64,000 nucleotides of DNA, taken from positions 3,417-67,416 of the IMG/VR virus record IMGVR_UViG_3300032217_000462, one strand, 5' to 3'. This DNA comes from a virus. Position 1 is the first letter of the stretch. Each line of letters opens with the position of its first letter. The notes under the pieces are model-generated. The model had not been told where the DNA came from, did not search any database, and saw nothing but the letters and a program-made list of their open reading frames with translations. The translations under genes and the position numbers were made by a program. Positions 17,657-28,500 of the stretch are shown here, piece by piece.

Positions 17657-19555
17657 TTAAGTACCAATAGTCCACTCTTGAACGTTTGTAGTACTTCCAC
17701 CACTGCCTGTACCAATACTAATCAAATTACCGTCGGTAAGTGCAAAAGTAGGCGTAGGAATAATATTATGTTTTGTTAGTGTAGATTGATCTGTGTTGCC
17801 AATTATTGGAGTAACTGCAAATGATATAGTTGGTACAAGTGCTTCACGTAGGGTCATTGTAGTTGGTTGACTATCTACTGTAACTACTTGGTGCGCAACA
17901 TTTGTAGGTAAAGTAGCATTATTTACATTTGATACTGATGCAGCGGTTGTACTAGCTATTGTACGTGACTCTACAAGGGTTAATTCTGTGGTTACTAGAT
18001 TAGTTACAGCTGATACTTCTTGTTTTGTTAATGCAAGATTACCAAAAAGATTATCCATGGTAGTAGCAGTTAAACCTGAAATAGTTTTGGATTCTGCTAA
18101 AGTTAACTCTGTTGTAGATAAATTAGTTACAGCTGATACTGCTTGTTTAGTTAATCCAATAGTACCCTGCATTGTTTCAACTGGAACACCTACACCACTA
18201 ACCCACATACCCGTAAGTCTATTACTACTAGCTACAGGCAAACTTGTTCCTTTAGTGTCAGTTACAGCACTTACTGCACATTGTAATGCATAACCACTAT
18301 CAGCTGTTGCAGTTACATAAGTACTTGAAGTAGCTCCGGGTATATTAAAAGTACCACTTAATACTCGTTGCCACTGGTAGTTATAACCAGTAATAGTTCC
18401 ACCTGTTCGTGTAGTCCATGTACCTGTGGTACAGCTCAAAGTCTGACCCACAGTTCCGCCTGTGATAGTACCACTTACTACTGGAGCAACTGTATTTGTT
18501 GGAGTATCTGATATTGTTAGGGTATCACTTGCTGTAAATACACGTACAGTGTATAAACCATCTGTGTAAGCAGTACCACCAGTTACTGTACCGGCTGCAC
18601 TGGTTAAATATCTTACTACTACTGCACCAGGAGCTCCTGAACTTCCAGCAACCGCTCCACCAGAGGTATTTCCTTGACCGCCACCGCCACCGCCTGAGCC
18701 GTAACCTTTACCAATACCGCCTACAGTAAGATTTGTATATCCACCCTGACCACCAATACCAAAAGCAATAGGAGTAACACCACCTGCTGTTGATCCGCCT
18801 GAACCACCTGCAGCAACAAACCAACCAGTACTAGTAATTGCCTGTCCTGTAACGGTACTATTTGCAGTAGCACTCATATTATAAGTACCTACACCACCTG
18901 TACCAGTACCAAGAGAAGTAATAACTGAATTTGAAGCTGTACCTGATCCTGTTACATGAGTACCAACTCCAATAACACCTTGTGTAACAGCTGTTACTGT
19001 TAGAACAATACTCCCAGCTGTAGTATTAGCAGTTCCAGCAAAAGTATTTGCTGAAAATATACTAAATGATTGTGGGTTTCCGCCGGCACCACCAACTGCT
19101 GTACCTGTAGTACCCACAGCTGCAGCACCTCCACCACCACCAGCTGGACCAGCAGCACCAGCAAAGCCATATCCACTTGCTTGAGTAGTGGCACCACCAG
19201 TTTTTGTAGCATCACCTGAACCACCACCTCCGCTTCCGCCTGCAGATCCAGCTGTGCTAGCACCTGCAGTGGTAGCACCTAAACCACCAGCACCACCACC
19301 TAGTGCAGTAATTGTGGTTATGCCCGTTCCGCTTAATGTACTATCTTGACCATTAGTACTAGTAGTAGTTGTACTGGTTCCACCAAGGCCAACAGTAATT
19401 GCATAAGTTAAATTATTACCGCTGGGAAATGCCACGGCGGTGGCGCTAGCAACTCCTCCGGCTCCGCCACCACCGCCGGCAAATCCGCCGGTTACAGTTT
19501 TTGCACCACCTGCTCCGCCTCCACCAACTACTACATAATCTACCGATAAAGCCAT
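17657..19555 (-). CDS. Glycine-rich + Ig-like virion protein
   Basis: VDYVVVGGGG Gly-rich domain, a PTNTVAPVVSG...YQWQR Ig-like domain and a tandem internal repeat near the C-terminus. Confidence 0.75.
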   Translation of the reverse strand: MALSVDYVVVGGGGAGGAKTVTGGFAGGGGGAGGVASATAVAFPSGNNLTYAITVGLGGTSTTTTSTNGQDSTLSGTGITTITALGGGAGGLGATTAGASTAGSAGGSGGGGSGDATKTGGATTQASGYGFAGAAGPAGGGGGAAAVGTTGTAVGGAGGNPQSFSIFSANTFAGTANTTAGSIVLTVTAVTQGVIGVGTHVTGSGTASNSVITSLGTGTGGVGTYNMSATANSTVTGQAITSTGWFVAAGGSGGSTAGGVTPIAFGIGGQGGYTNLTVGGIGKGYGSGGGGGGQGNTSGGAVAGSSGAPGAVVVRYLTSAAGTVTGGTAYTDGLYTVRVFTASDTLTISDTPTNTVAPVVSGTITGGTVGQTLSCTTGTWTTRTGGTITGYNYQWQRVLSGTFNIPGATSSTYVTATADSGYALQCAVSAVTDTKGTSLPVASSNRLTGMWVSGVGVPVETMQGTIGLTKQAVSAVTNLSTTELTLAESKTISGLTATTMDNLFGNLALTKQEVSAVTNLVTTELTLVESRTIASTTAASVSNVNNATLPTNVAHQVVTVDSQPTTMTLREALVPTISFAVTPIIGNTDQSTLTKHNIIPTPTFALTDGNLISIGTGSGGSTTNVQEWTIGT

Positions 19556-19564
19556 AATAGATCC

Positions 19565-20929
19565 TTACATATTTCGGATTAAAAACATTTCTTCGTTGAA
19601 TACAACTGGAATATAGTTTTCACTATTAATTGTGAATGTTTGATTTGCTGCTGTCCAATACAATTTTTGAGTAGTCCAAGGCATACTAATACTCTTGTAA
19701 ATACCACGACATTGCCCGCCTGGATTCCAGTTTGCAGTTGTTTTTGCACGAATAACTATAGGATAAGCTCCTGGTACTTGTACACCTGTTGAAGTATCTG
19801 CTTGAGGAGGATACTGAATATTTGTGGTAGTTCCACCACGTACTTGACTTGTGCCTGTAGTGCCATCCCAGCGACGTGGATAAAATATTGGAGTTTGTAG
19901 TGCATTACCACTATCAAAAGAGCCGTCGTTAAAAACAGCATTACTATAACCGTTTGTAACATCTCTTACTGAAGCGCTAGTAGCAACTCCTCCAGCATTA
20001 TCTATTCCAGCCATAAATGCTCTAACATGGTTACTTCCATAACCTGCATAGCTACCACCAGATGTTTGAGCTGTATTCATGTAGCTCCAAGTAACCCAAG
20101 GAGGGTTAAAGTTTAATGAATTTTCCCAGGGCTGTGTTTCACGTAACCCCATATACATAATAGCACCATAAGGGCTTACACCAGGATTATGACTAGTGGA
20201 ATTAACATGATATCCTGCGGCATAAGTACTGTCATAACGCTCTGTCCATATAATGCAATAGTTTGCAGTAACTGCAATACGGAATTTACAGTTATTTTGA
20301 CTCATATAATCCATTCGTGGAATCACTGATGCATTATAAACATAATAAGGAGCAGTTACTACCGATACATCTTTATTAATAGTAGAAGACCTAGTATTAT
20401 ATTGATTAGTAGTTGCATTACTTGGAACATAACCAGTATCACTAAAATCTATTGCTGTGCTGCAACCAAAAGTAGCTTGCATATAAGGATGTGTATTCCA
20501 AGTTCCTGGCATTACAGGTCCTACATATCCACTAGTATCATAAGTATTAGTTACAGGAATATGAAACGTCATTTTGTTATATGGAGTAGCACTTTTACCA
20601 CTGGCATTGTAAAAATCAGCCTTATAGCTACTTGCAACGTTATATGCACCGGCACTTTGAATTGCAGTAAAACTTCCTGAGTTTACTACGTTGTGTGGTA
20701 TAGTACCTGTACTAGTAGTCCAGCCACCTGCCTCAGTATTAGCGTCAACTGAAATAATGCAATTTTTTGTTGCATCAATAGCAGTAGTGCTAGTCCAAGG
20801 ATTAACTGTTAGTGTAGTTGTACCGGCTGCGGCAGTAGCAGCTGCAGTAATACAACGCAAAAAATTCATATATCTTGCGTCAATACTGGGACTGGTTGTA
20901 CCAATGCAAGGATCAAATGTAACTATCAT
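19565..20929 (-). CDS. Putative virion / receptor-binding protein
   Basis: Thr/Ser/Tyr-rich 454-aa ORF in the fibre cluster. Confidence 0.6.
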   Translation of the reverse strand: MIVTFDPCIGTTSPSIDARYMNFLRCITAAATAAAGTTTLTVNPWTSTTAIDATKNCIISVDANTEAGGWTTSTGTIPHNVVNSGSFTAIQSAGAYNVASSYKADFYNASGKSATPYNKMTFHIPVTNTYDTSGYVGPVMPGTWNTHPYMQATFGCSTAIDFSDTGYVPSNATTNQYNTRSSTINKDVSVVTAPYYVYNASVIPRMDYMSQNNCKFRIAVTANYCIIWTERYDSTYAAGYHVNSTSHNPGVSPYGAIMYMGLRETQPWENSLNFNPPWVTWSYMNTAQTSGGSYAGYGSNHVRAFMAGIDNAGGVATSASVRDVTNGYSNAVFNDGSFDSGNALQTPIFYPRRWDGTTGTSQVRGGTTTNIQYPPQADTSTGVQVPGAYPIVIRAKTTANWNPGGQCRGIYKSISMPWTTQKLYWTAANQTFTINSENYIPVVFNEEMFLIRNM

Positions 20930-20930
20930 A

Positions 20931-21776
20931 TTAGTCCACCAATAAAGAAAGATCGTTTATAGTAAGACGATACAGGTTTGAAACGTCTTTGTAAATTTGT
21001 ACACCACTAAAGGTGTTAAAAGGCAGGCGATAGCATCCGTAAATCAAATTACTAGCACCTGTTGAGCTGGTAAAGGCTGGGTTTTCAAATATAGCACTTG
21101 TTCCTGCTCCCGATGCTTTGCGAACAGTTTGTACACCTTGAATACCTCCGGTAGCACTAGCATACCCAACTGTATCGTAGTTGTAAATATAAGGAATAGT
21201 AGTACCACTATTACTATTAAGTGGATCGTTCTTTAGTGGTCCATAATTTGGTACATTGCTAAAATCTTGCATTAGCATTAAAATACTATCTGCATAAGTT
21301 CTGGTAGTGCTACTATGACCCATGTCAATTAAACCTAAAAATACGCCACTATTAGGTGCAAAAAACACTAACATTTTGTTACTAACAATAATATCTATTC
21401 CTGATTTATAAAAAGCTTCATAAGGTGCACGCACAATATTAACAGTTTTTGGAAAAGAGTTAACTAGTGTGTCTGTTCCTGATGTATAACTTTGAGCTAG
21501 TGTGATTGTAGTTAATTGTGTAGCATCAAAAGTTAAACGAAAGTAGTGTGTTTTGTTTGTTGTAGCATCGTTGTGAGTTTTACTATATGTATAACTAGTA
21601 GCATTCACACGAGCATAACTATTTGTTGGATAAGTGCCATAAATAACACTATTTACCTGATCTCCGCCAGCGCTTAACTGAGAAACATTGGTAACATTGC
21701 CCAAGATAATATTATTAATATCTGTTTGAAACTGGGCTAACGTGCAGGCTGGAAGCATTCTATATCTTATTAGCAT
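20931..21776 (-). CDS. Putative virion protein
   Basis: 281-aa ORF tightly packed in the fibre cluster. Confidence 0.6.
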   Translation of the reverse strand: MLIRYRMLPACTLAQFQTDINNIILGNVTNVSQLSAGGDQVNSVIYGTYPTNSYARVNATSYTYSKTHNDATTNKTHYFRLTFDATQLTTITLAQSYTSGTDTLVNSFPKTVNIVRAPYEAFYKSGIDIIVSNKMLVFFAPNSGVFLGLIDMGHSSTTRTYADSILMLMQDFSNVPNYGPLKNDPLNSNSGTTIPYIYNYDTVGYASATGGIQGVQTVRKASGAGTSAIFENPAFTSSTGASNLIYGCYRLPFNTFSGVQIYKDVSNLYRLTINDLSLLVD

Positions 21777-21779
21777 ATC

Positions 21780-22109
21780 TTATCCTTGTGAAGATTGTTC
21801 TTCTTGTTCAGAAGGAGTAGGTGTTTCTGGCTCAGGAATCGGCTCTGGTGCTGGATATGGTACTAAATCCATAAGCATTTCAAAATCTTTGTGATTTACA
21901 TCGTCAGTATTGCTATGATTATAGATCACTGTGATACCATACGAGCCAATATCTGCTACCATGGTGGCCACTAAGTGTGAGCCTGCAGCTTGTGCAAATT
22001 TTCCAGTAATATAAGCAGCTTTATGCTCACCTTCTGGTACTGTGCCTAGATATTTATACACAAAACCCATTTGTTGACTAAATATCTTTTGAAAAAATTC
22101 TTTATCCAT
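21780..22109 (-). CDS. Hypothetical protein with an acidic Pro/Glu tail
   Basis: GGAGGT RBS and a PAPEPIPEPETPTP C-terminus. Confidence 0.7.
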   Translation of the reverse strand: MDKEFFQKIFSQQMGFVYKYLGTVPEGEHKAAYITGKFAQAAGSHLVATMVADIGSYGITVIYNHSNTDDVNHKDFEMLMDLVPYPAPEPIPEPETPTPSEQEEQSSQG

Positions 22110-22123
22110 ACTACCTCCAGTAG

Positions 22124-22597
22124 TTATACATATTTTAATCTAACATATAGGTCTCTAGCAAATGTAGCCGAACCTGCTACATCGAGAGTTAGATAATCCG
22201 TTGTTGTTAATACTATATTACAAGATATTGGAGCCATTACAACTGTTCCTGTTGATATAGTACCTGTTATATTTGTTGTAGCACCATTTTTATTTATAGT
22301 AAATGATAAGCTGCCTCCAGTTGGAGATGCACCTAAATTAGCATAAACCGTGTCTATAACAATATTTGTTGGGGGATAAAATCTTGCTAATCCTGAATAA
22401 GGAGGTGCAATGGCTCCCACCATAGTTAAACTAACGTACTTAGGAAATACTTGGGTTGTCCAAGTAGTTCCGTTTGATATTAATACACTACCATTGCTAC
22501 CTGGAGTAATAACTCCGGTGCCACCTTTTGAAGGGCTTAATACACCGGCGCTAGTTATTCCTTCTGACAATTTTGCTAAATAAGCTGCTATGCCCAT
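22124..22597 (-). CDS. Putative fibre adaptor, paralog of 14477..14902
   Basis: LAKL...GVL...KGGTG N-terminus and a TTDYLTLDV...VRLKYV C-terminus. Confidence 0.65.
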   Translation of the reverse strand: MGIAAYLAKLSEGITSAGVLSPSKGGTGVITPGSNGSVLISNGTTWTTQVFPKYVSLTMVGAIAPPYSGLARFYPPTNIVIDTVYANLGASPTGGSLSFTINKNGATTNITGTISTGTVVMAPISCNIVLTTTDYLTLDVAGSATFARDLYVRLKYV

Positions 22598-22615
22598 AAA
22601 AATTCCTTGTTAAAA

Positions 22616-25516
22616 TTAAGCTTGAGCTTCGCTCCAGCGTAATAATATAGTTGCACTGCCAGTACCTTGAACCATCCTGATATTAATTGCTAATACGTCA
22701 GGACCATTAGGATATGCCCCTACTCCACCAAAAGGATTATTAGTAAGCTCTTTTAGCAAAGTCAAATCTTGAGTATAGTCGCCGTTAGGAATGGCTGAGA
22801 ACGCCACAACTTGTTCACCAGGAGTTGCAGCTGTACCTGAAGACCATACAACTGAAGTGGCAACTTGAGTCAAACTAGGCTGACCGCCTGCAGAAAGTAA
22901 ATTCAATGCACTCCAAGTAGCACTACTAAAGTTTGAAGGATTTAAAACTCCTTCAACAATAATAGAACCAGCACTTGGTGTACCACTTGCGTTATATGTT
23001 GAAACTGCAATTTGTTGTAGTAATAACTGTGAGCGATTTAATAGGTCTTTAGAACCTAAATCACCAACTTGAGAATTTGATACGCTTGGCGCTAATCGAA
23101 TTAAAAAAGCTGTTTGCGCTGTAGTGGTAAGTGTTAAACCAGTACGTTGATAGTTAAAGATATATCCACGATCTTGGTCAAAATTACCATCCATTATCAA
23201 AGAACTACCCCAATGACTTAGCGTAGGGCTACAAGTATTTGATACAAGTACAAGACCTGTATTGGCTGCATGTGCTGCTGCAGTTCCTGCAGAATAAGTT
23301 TTCATACCACCCTGAGCGTAGTTAGTAAGAGTTGTACCTCTGGTGCAGCCTGTGAATGTTGTTGTTGTTTTACCAGTATAACTAATTAGTTCATTATCAA
23401 CGTATATTGTCCCAGCACTAGGAAAATAAGTTGTATCATTTACATTTAATGTTGTACTTAGTGTACCTGGATCAGCCGTTAAATATCCTACTTGCGGGCT
23501 TCCGTCATTATCAATACTATATCGCACAGGTAAGTTTCCTGAACGCATATGTGCTTCTGTATTAACGTTATTGTTTTTCAAACGATGTACAGTTATCCAG
23601 TTACCATCGCCACCACGAACCATATAATCAATAAACCCAGCACCATACCAAGTATATTGAATACCAACCATTTGCATCCTAGATATGTCTATGGCAAATC
23701 CACTTGGGCCTGTTCCATCAATTTTATCCATGTTAAACTCGCTTTGAGGTATACGAGTTTCTTGAACCAAGCTTGCCTTTACACCACTGATGTTTGTAAC
23801 ACCGCGATAATCTGGGCTAACACTCATGTTTGTATCACTTATTACCTGAGTAACATAGTGAGTCATACCACGAATTGATATTCTGTCACCAACTTTAGCT
23901 TGTTGCGTAAATCGACTATTACTTCCAATTACTAAATTGGTATTAGTATTAATAGCTACTGTTCCAGTTAATTGTTGAATAGAATTACGTCTAACTACTG
24001 ATAAAATACTTCCGCTATATTCCCAAAACATTCCGTTTTGTTCGTCAAAACAACCAGCCCGTACATTAGCACCATGCCAATTAACTACAGTTACTTTGGC
24101 GTAAATAGCCATAACACCAACTGTAGAGGCTATATTACTTGATCCACTATTATATGTAAATGTAAAATCATCAATGATATTTGTTACAGTATACGTTCCA
24201 TTATATCCAGAAGTAACGACTCCTGCAATAGTAACTACACCGCCAATTTGTAAACCATGATCCATGTCATCGGTTTTAACAGTTACCACAGAATTTATAC
24301 CTGTGGTAGCAGCAGTTATTGTTTGTATGTCATAACTAGGTCTAAAAAGAGTACCTGTTGACCATAACATACCTTTACCAGATTGATACCTAAAATACTT
24401 TTTAGTTACGCGAACAATACTGGCTCCAAAAGATGGTGTTTTACAGTTTATAATAATACCGCCGTCATAAGGTCGGTGAATAGCAGAACCGTTAGACATA
24501 GCGTATACTACTGGAGTACCGGGGCTTACTACAGCACCAGTTCGTCCAATATAAGTAATGGCTGTCGGACTAACAACACTGTTTACTAAAAATTGTCCTG
24601 TACCAAAAGTAGGATTACTACCTCCAGTAATATTTACATAAATAGGAGTTCCAGGTAATAGTCCATGATTAGAACCAAAATTAACTGTTATGGTAGTTGG
24701 GTTAGATGAGTCGGCTGTTGCGGTAGTAGCATTTAATGCTGCACCTGTAAATAAGTTTGCGCGTTTTGTTAAGGTAGTATCAGTTAGTAAACTTTGATTA
24801 TTAGCAGTACCTACTATGCCGTTTGCATAATATCGTAAGGTTGTAGAAGATGGAGCATCAAAAACAATAAAGTTACCAACAGCACGACTAAATCCAGCTG
24901 TACCGGGATTTAATCCCGTTACATTAACCGCCATACCTGTTATAATATTATGTGCAACACTAGTAGTAACTGTAATTAAACTATTACTAGAATTGGAACT
25001 TGTATAATCCGTAGTAACAGCAGTAGTTTCTAAATCAACGCTGGTATATTCATAAATCGAAGGATAGCCACGCATTGTACCATAACTAGCCCATTTAGTA
25101 GGCTGTAAACCATATTCAAAGTCAGCATCAATTAATGCTTGAGGATTAGATACTCGCATACGCTCAATAGCATCAGTACCGAAATCCCAAGGACGAATCT
25201 TAACGCCATTTTGAGTTTCTTCAAATAAAATTTGAAGACTATCACCAGTCATGCCAGTAGTATTATAGGCTAATGTAATGGTTGTGTATCCATCAACTCG
25301 CTGTACAAGTCTAGGAATAGCCGCAGTACTACCCGTGGTAAATACTGCGGTTGTTCCAGCGTAGGTTGGGTCAGCAAAATTATAAATGACAATGTTCTTT
25401 GTCGTATTAGTAATCACTAATAGCTGTTCTAATTGCACTCTACCCGGGATAACTATTGTTCCAGCATTAGCAGCTCCAGGCGTAAACGTGTATGTTCTCG
25501 CTAAAGTTTTTGCCAT
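22616..25516 (-). CDS. Large virion structural / fibre-associated protein
   Basis: YTFTP...LLVITN...IYNFADP N-terminus, DAIERMRVSNPQALIDADFEYG, repeated H-G-L beta modules and a WSEAQA end. This pattern is recalled from aquatic phage structural proteins. Confidence 0.7.
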   Translation of the reverse strand: MAKTLARTYTFTPGAANAGTIVIPGRVQLEQLLVITNTTKNIVIYNFADPTYAGTTAVFTTGSTAAIPRLVQRVDGYTTITLAYNTTGMTGDSLQILFEETQNGVKIRPWDFGTDAIERMRVSNPQALIDADFEYGLQPTKWASYGTMRGYPSIYEYTSVDLETTAVTTDYTSSNSSNSLITVTTSVAHNIITGMAVNVTGLNPGTAGFSRAVGNFIVFDAPSSTTLRYYANGIVGTANNQSLLTDTTLTKRANLFTGAALNATTATADSSNPTTITVNFGSNHGLLPGTPIYVNITGGSNPTFGTGQFLVNSVVSPTAITYIGRTGAVVSPGTPVVYAMSNGSAIHRPYDGGIIINCKTPSFGASIVRVTKKYFRYQSGKGMLWSTGTLFRPSYDIQTITAATTGINSVVTVKTDDMDHGLQIGGVVTIAGVVTSGYNGTYTVTNIIDDFTFTYNSGSSNIASTVGVMAIYAKVTVVNWHGANVRAGCFDEQNGMFWEYSGSILSVVRRNSIQQLTGTVAINTNTNLVIGSNSRFTQQAKVGDRISIRGMTHYVTQVISDTNMSVSPDYRGVTNISGVKASLVQETRIPQSEFNMDKIDGTGPSGFAIDISRMQMVGIQYTWYGAGFIDYMVRGGDGNWITVHRLKNNNVNTEAHMRSGNLPVRYSIDNDGSPQVGYLTADPGTLSTTLNVNDTTYFPSAGTIYVDNELISYTGKTTTTFTGCTRGTTLTNYAQGGMKTYSAGTAAAHAANTGLVLVSNTCSPTLSHWGSSLIMDGNFDQDRGYIFNYQRTGLTLTTTAQTAFLIRLAPSVSNSQVGDLGSKDLLNRSQLLLQQIAVSTYNASGTPSAGSIIVEGVLNPSNFSSATWSALNLLSAGGQPSLTQVATSVVWSSGTAATPGEQVVAFSAIPNGDYTQDLTLLKELTNNPFGGVGAYPNGPDVLAINIRMVQGTGSATILLRWSEAQA

Positions 25517-25537
25517 ATTATTTATTCTTTCTTATTT

Positions 25538-28500
25538 TTACACACCCATTGCTACGCTCATTGCAATAGAGAAATTACGCACACTGGTTAAACCAAGTGA
25601 TCCAACACTAGATAGTATTGTAATAGTATCTCCAGCAGTTGCTGCCTGAGTTAATGTAACTGTAGTACCATTTACAGCAGTATAATTACTACTCTTTTGT
25701 AAACTACCATTAACATATACTATTACCGATCCTGTACTATAGCCATTGGATACAGTAAATACTGTTTGACCTGCTGTTGCTGTAAACTCTTCCGAGGTTG
25801 ACATTGGTCCTGTTGGACCTATGGTACCTTGCGGCCCTGTGGGTCCTGTGGGTCCGGTTATACCGTCACCCTTCATTTCACGAACTACTAGTTCTTGTCC
25901 TACTCCAGGGGCTATTACAAAAGTTAGTGTTGTTCCACTTACTGAGTAATCAAGTACTGGTTGTAATAAAGCACCGTTAGCTACTACTAAAATATTATGT
26001 GTGCCATAACCACTGTTAATAGTAAATGCTGTTGTAGTGCCGTCGCCAGTAAACGTTTGCGTTTCAATTGTAAACGGATAACCTATTGCACCTGATGGTC
26101 CTGTTGGTCCTTGAGCACCTGTGGGTCCATTTGCAGGGCCTGTTGGTCCTACAGCACCTGTTGTTCCAGTGGGTCCTGTGGGGCCGATTGCACCGTTTGT
26201 ACCTGCAGTACCTTGTGCACCTGTTGGACCTGTTGGACCACCAGCTGGTCCCGTTGGTCCTTGCGGTCCTGTGGGTCCGTCACCTTTCATCTCACGAACA
26301 ACAAGTTCAACTTGATCTTCAGGAGCTGTTACAAAAGTTAGTGTAGTTCCGCTAACAGAATAATCTGCAACAGGTGATAAAATAACACCGTTGGCTACAA
26401 CAATTACGCTATCAGTAGTATAACCACTATTAATAGTAAATGCAGTAGTAGTTCCGTTACCAGTAAAATTTTGTGTTTCTACAATAAAGGGTGAACCAAT
26501 TCCACTAGCACCTGTTGGGCCTGTAGGTCCAGTGGCTCCATTTGAACCTATAGTACCATTAGTACCTTGTGGGCCTGTTGGGCCTGCTACAGTTGATGCA
26601 GCACCTGTAGGACCAGTAACACCTTGAATACCTTGTGATCCTGTAGGACCTGTAATACCTTGAATACCTTGAGATCCTTGAGATCCTTGAGATCCTGTAG
26701 GACCTGTAATACCTTGCGGACCTATAGGACCTGCTACAGTAGATGCAGCACCTGTAGGACCTGTAGCACCTGTAATACCTTGAATACCCTGAGAACCTGT
26801 AGGGCCTGTAGCACCTGTAGGGCCTGCTACTGTAGATGCAGCACCTTGAGAACCTGTTGGTCCAGTACTACCCGTTGGGCCTTGAATACCTTGCGCACCG
26901 CTAAGATCACTGGTATAAGTATAACTTGTTCCATTCCAAATATATAATCTAGAATTTTCTGCATTTTCAACATTGCCAGTATCAATAATTGCAAACTGTC
27001 CTGCTGTAATACCTGTAGGTGAAGTATCAGCTGTTAAAGCCGCAACACTCAAATAAGTTTTAGCAATTGTAAAACCAAGACCATTAGCACCTGTTGGACC
27101 TGTTGGACCGGTATTACCTTGAGTACCTGCGTTGCCTTGAGAGCCTGTAGGTCCAGTAACACCTTGAATACCTTGTGTACCTTGAATACCCTGAGAACCT
27201 GTAGGGCCTGTAGCACCTGTAGGGCCTGTAATGCCTTGAATACCTTGAGATCCTGTAGGACCTGTAGCTCCATCTACTCCTATTGTACCTGCAGCACCTA
27301 TAGGTCCTTGAATACCTTGTGATCCTGTAGGTCCTTGAATACCTTGTGATCCTGTAGGTCCTTGAATACCTTGAGCACCTGTTGGTCCCGCCACAGTAGA
27401 AGCAGCACCTGTGGGGCCTTGAATACCTTGAGAACCTGTAGCTCCTGTAGGACCTTGTGATCCTGTAGGACCATCTCCAAGTAATTCTCTAACAACAATT
27501 TCATCACCGCTATCTGGAGCAATAATAAAAGTTAAAGAACTTCCGCTAACAGTATAATCGGTAGTTGGTTTTAATAATACGCCGTTTAAAGCTACTAGTA
27601 AACTATCAACAGTATATCCACTATCAATAGCAAATGTTGTTGTGGTTCCGTTGCCAGTAAAGTTTTGTGTTGTTACAATAAAAGGTGAGCCAATTCCAGA
27701 AGGACCTGTAGGTCCAACTACTCCTTGAACACCTTGAATACCTTGAGAACCTGTTGGCCCTGGTACTGTAGATGCTGCCCCTTGAGCACCAGTAGGACCT
27801 GTAACGCCTTGAATACCTTGTGATCCTGTAGGACCAGTAGGACCTGTAACACCTTGAATACCTTGTGATCCTGTAGGACCAGTAACACCTTGAATACCTT
27901 GTGATCCTGTAGGACCTGTAACGCCTTGAATACCTTGTGATCCTGTAGGACCAGTAACACCTTGAATACCTTGTATACCTTGAGATCCCGTAGGACCTGT
28001 AGCACCTTGTAAGCCTTGTGTTCCTTGTGGACCTGTAGGCCCTACTATTTGCCCTACGTCTAAATATAAACTGCCAGTCCAGGTATATAAATTACCATCA
28101 GCTGTAACAATATATGCGTCACCAATACTAGGAGTAGGTGTACCTGGTAATTGTGCTATTGTGGCTACTTCACCTTTAATATTAACTGATGTACCAGGAT
28201 TACCTTGAGGCCCTGTAGGACCTGTAATACCTTGAGCTCCTGTAGGACCTGCTATTGTTGAAGCAGCGCCTGTTGGGCCTGTAGGACCTGTAACACCTTG
28301 AATACCTTGTGATCCTGTAGGACCTGTAACACCTTGAATACCTTGTGAGCCTTGTGAGCCTTGAGCACCTGTAGGACCTGTAGGACCTGTAACACCTTGA
28401 ATACCTTGTGTTCCCTGAGCTCCTGTAGGACCTGTAATACCTTGAGATCCTGTAGGACCTGTAGCACCTTGGATACCTTGAATACCTTGGATACCTTGAA

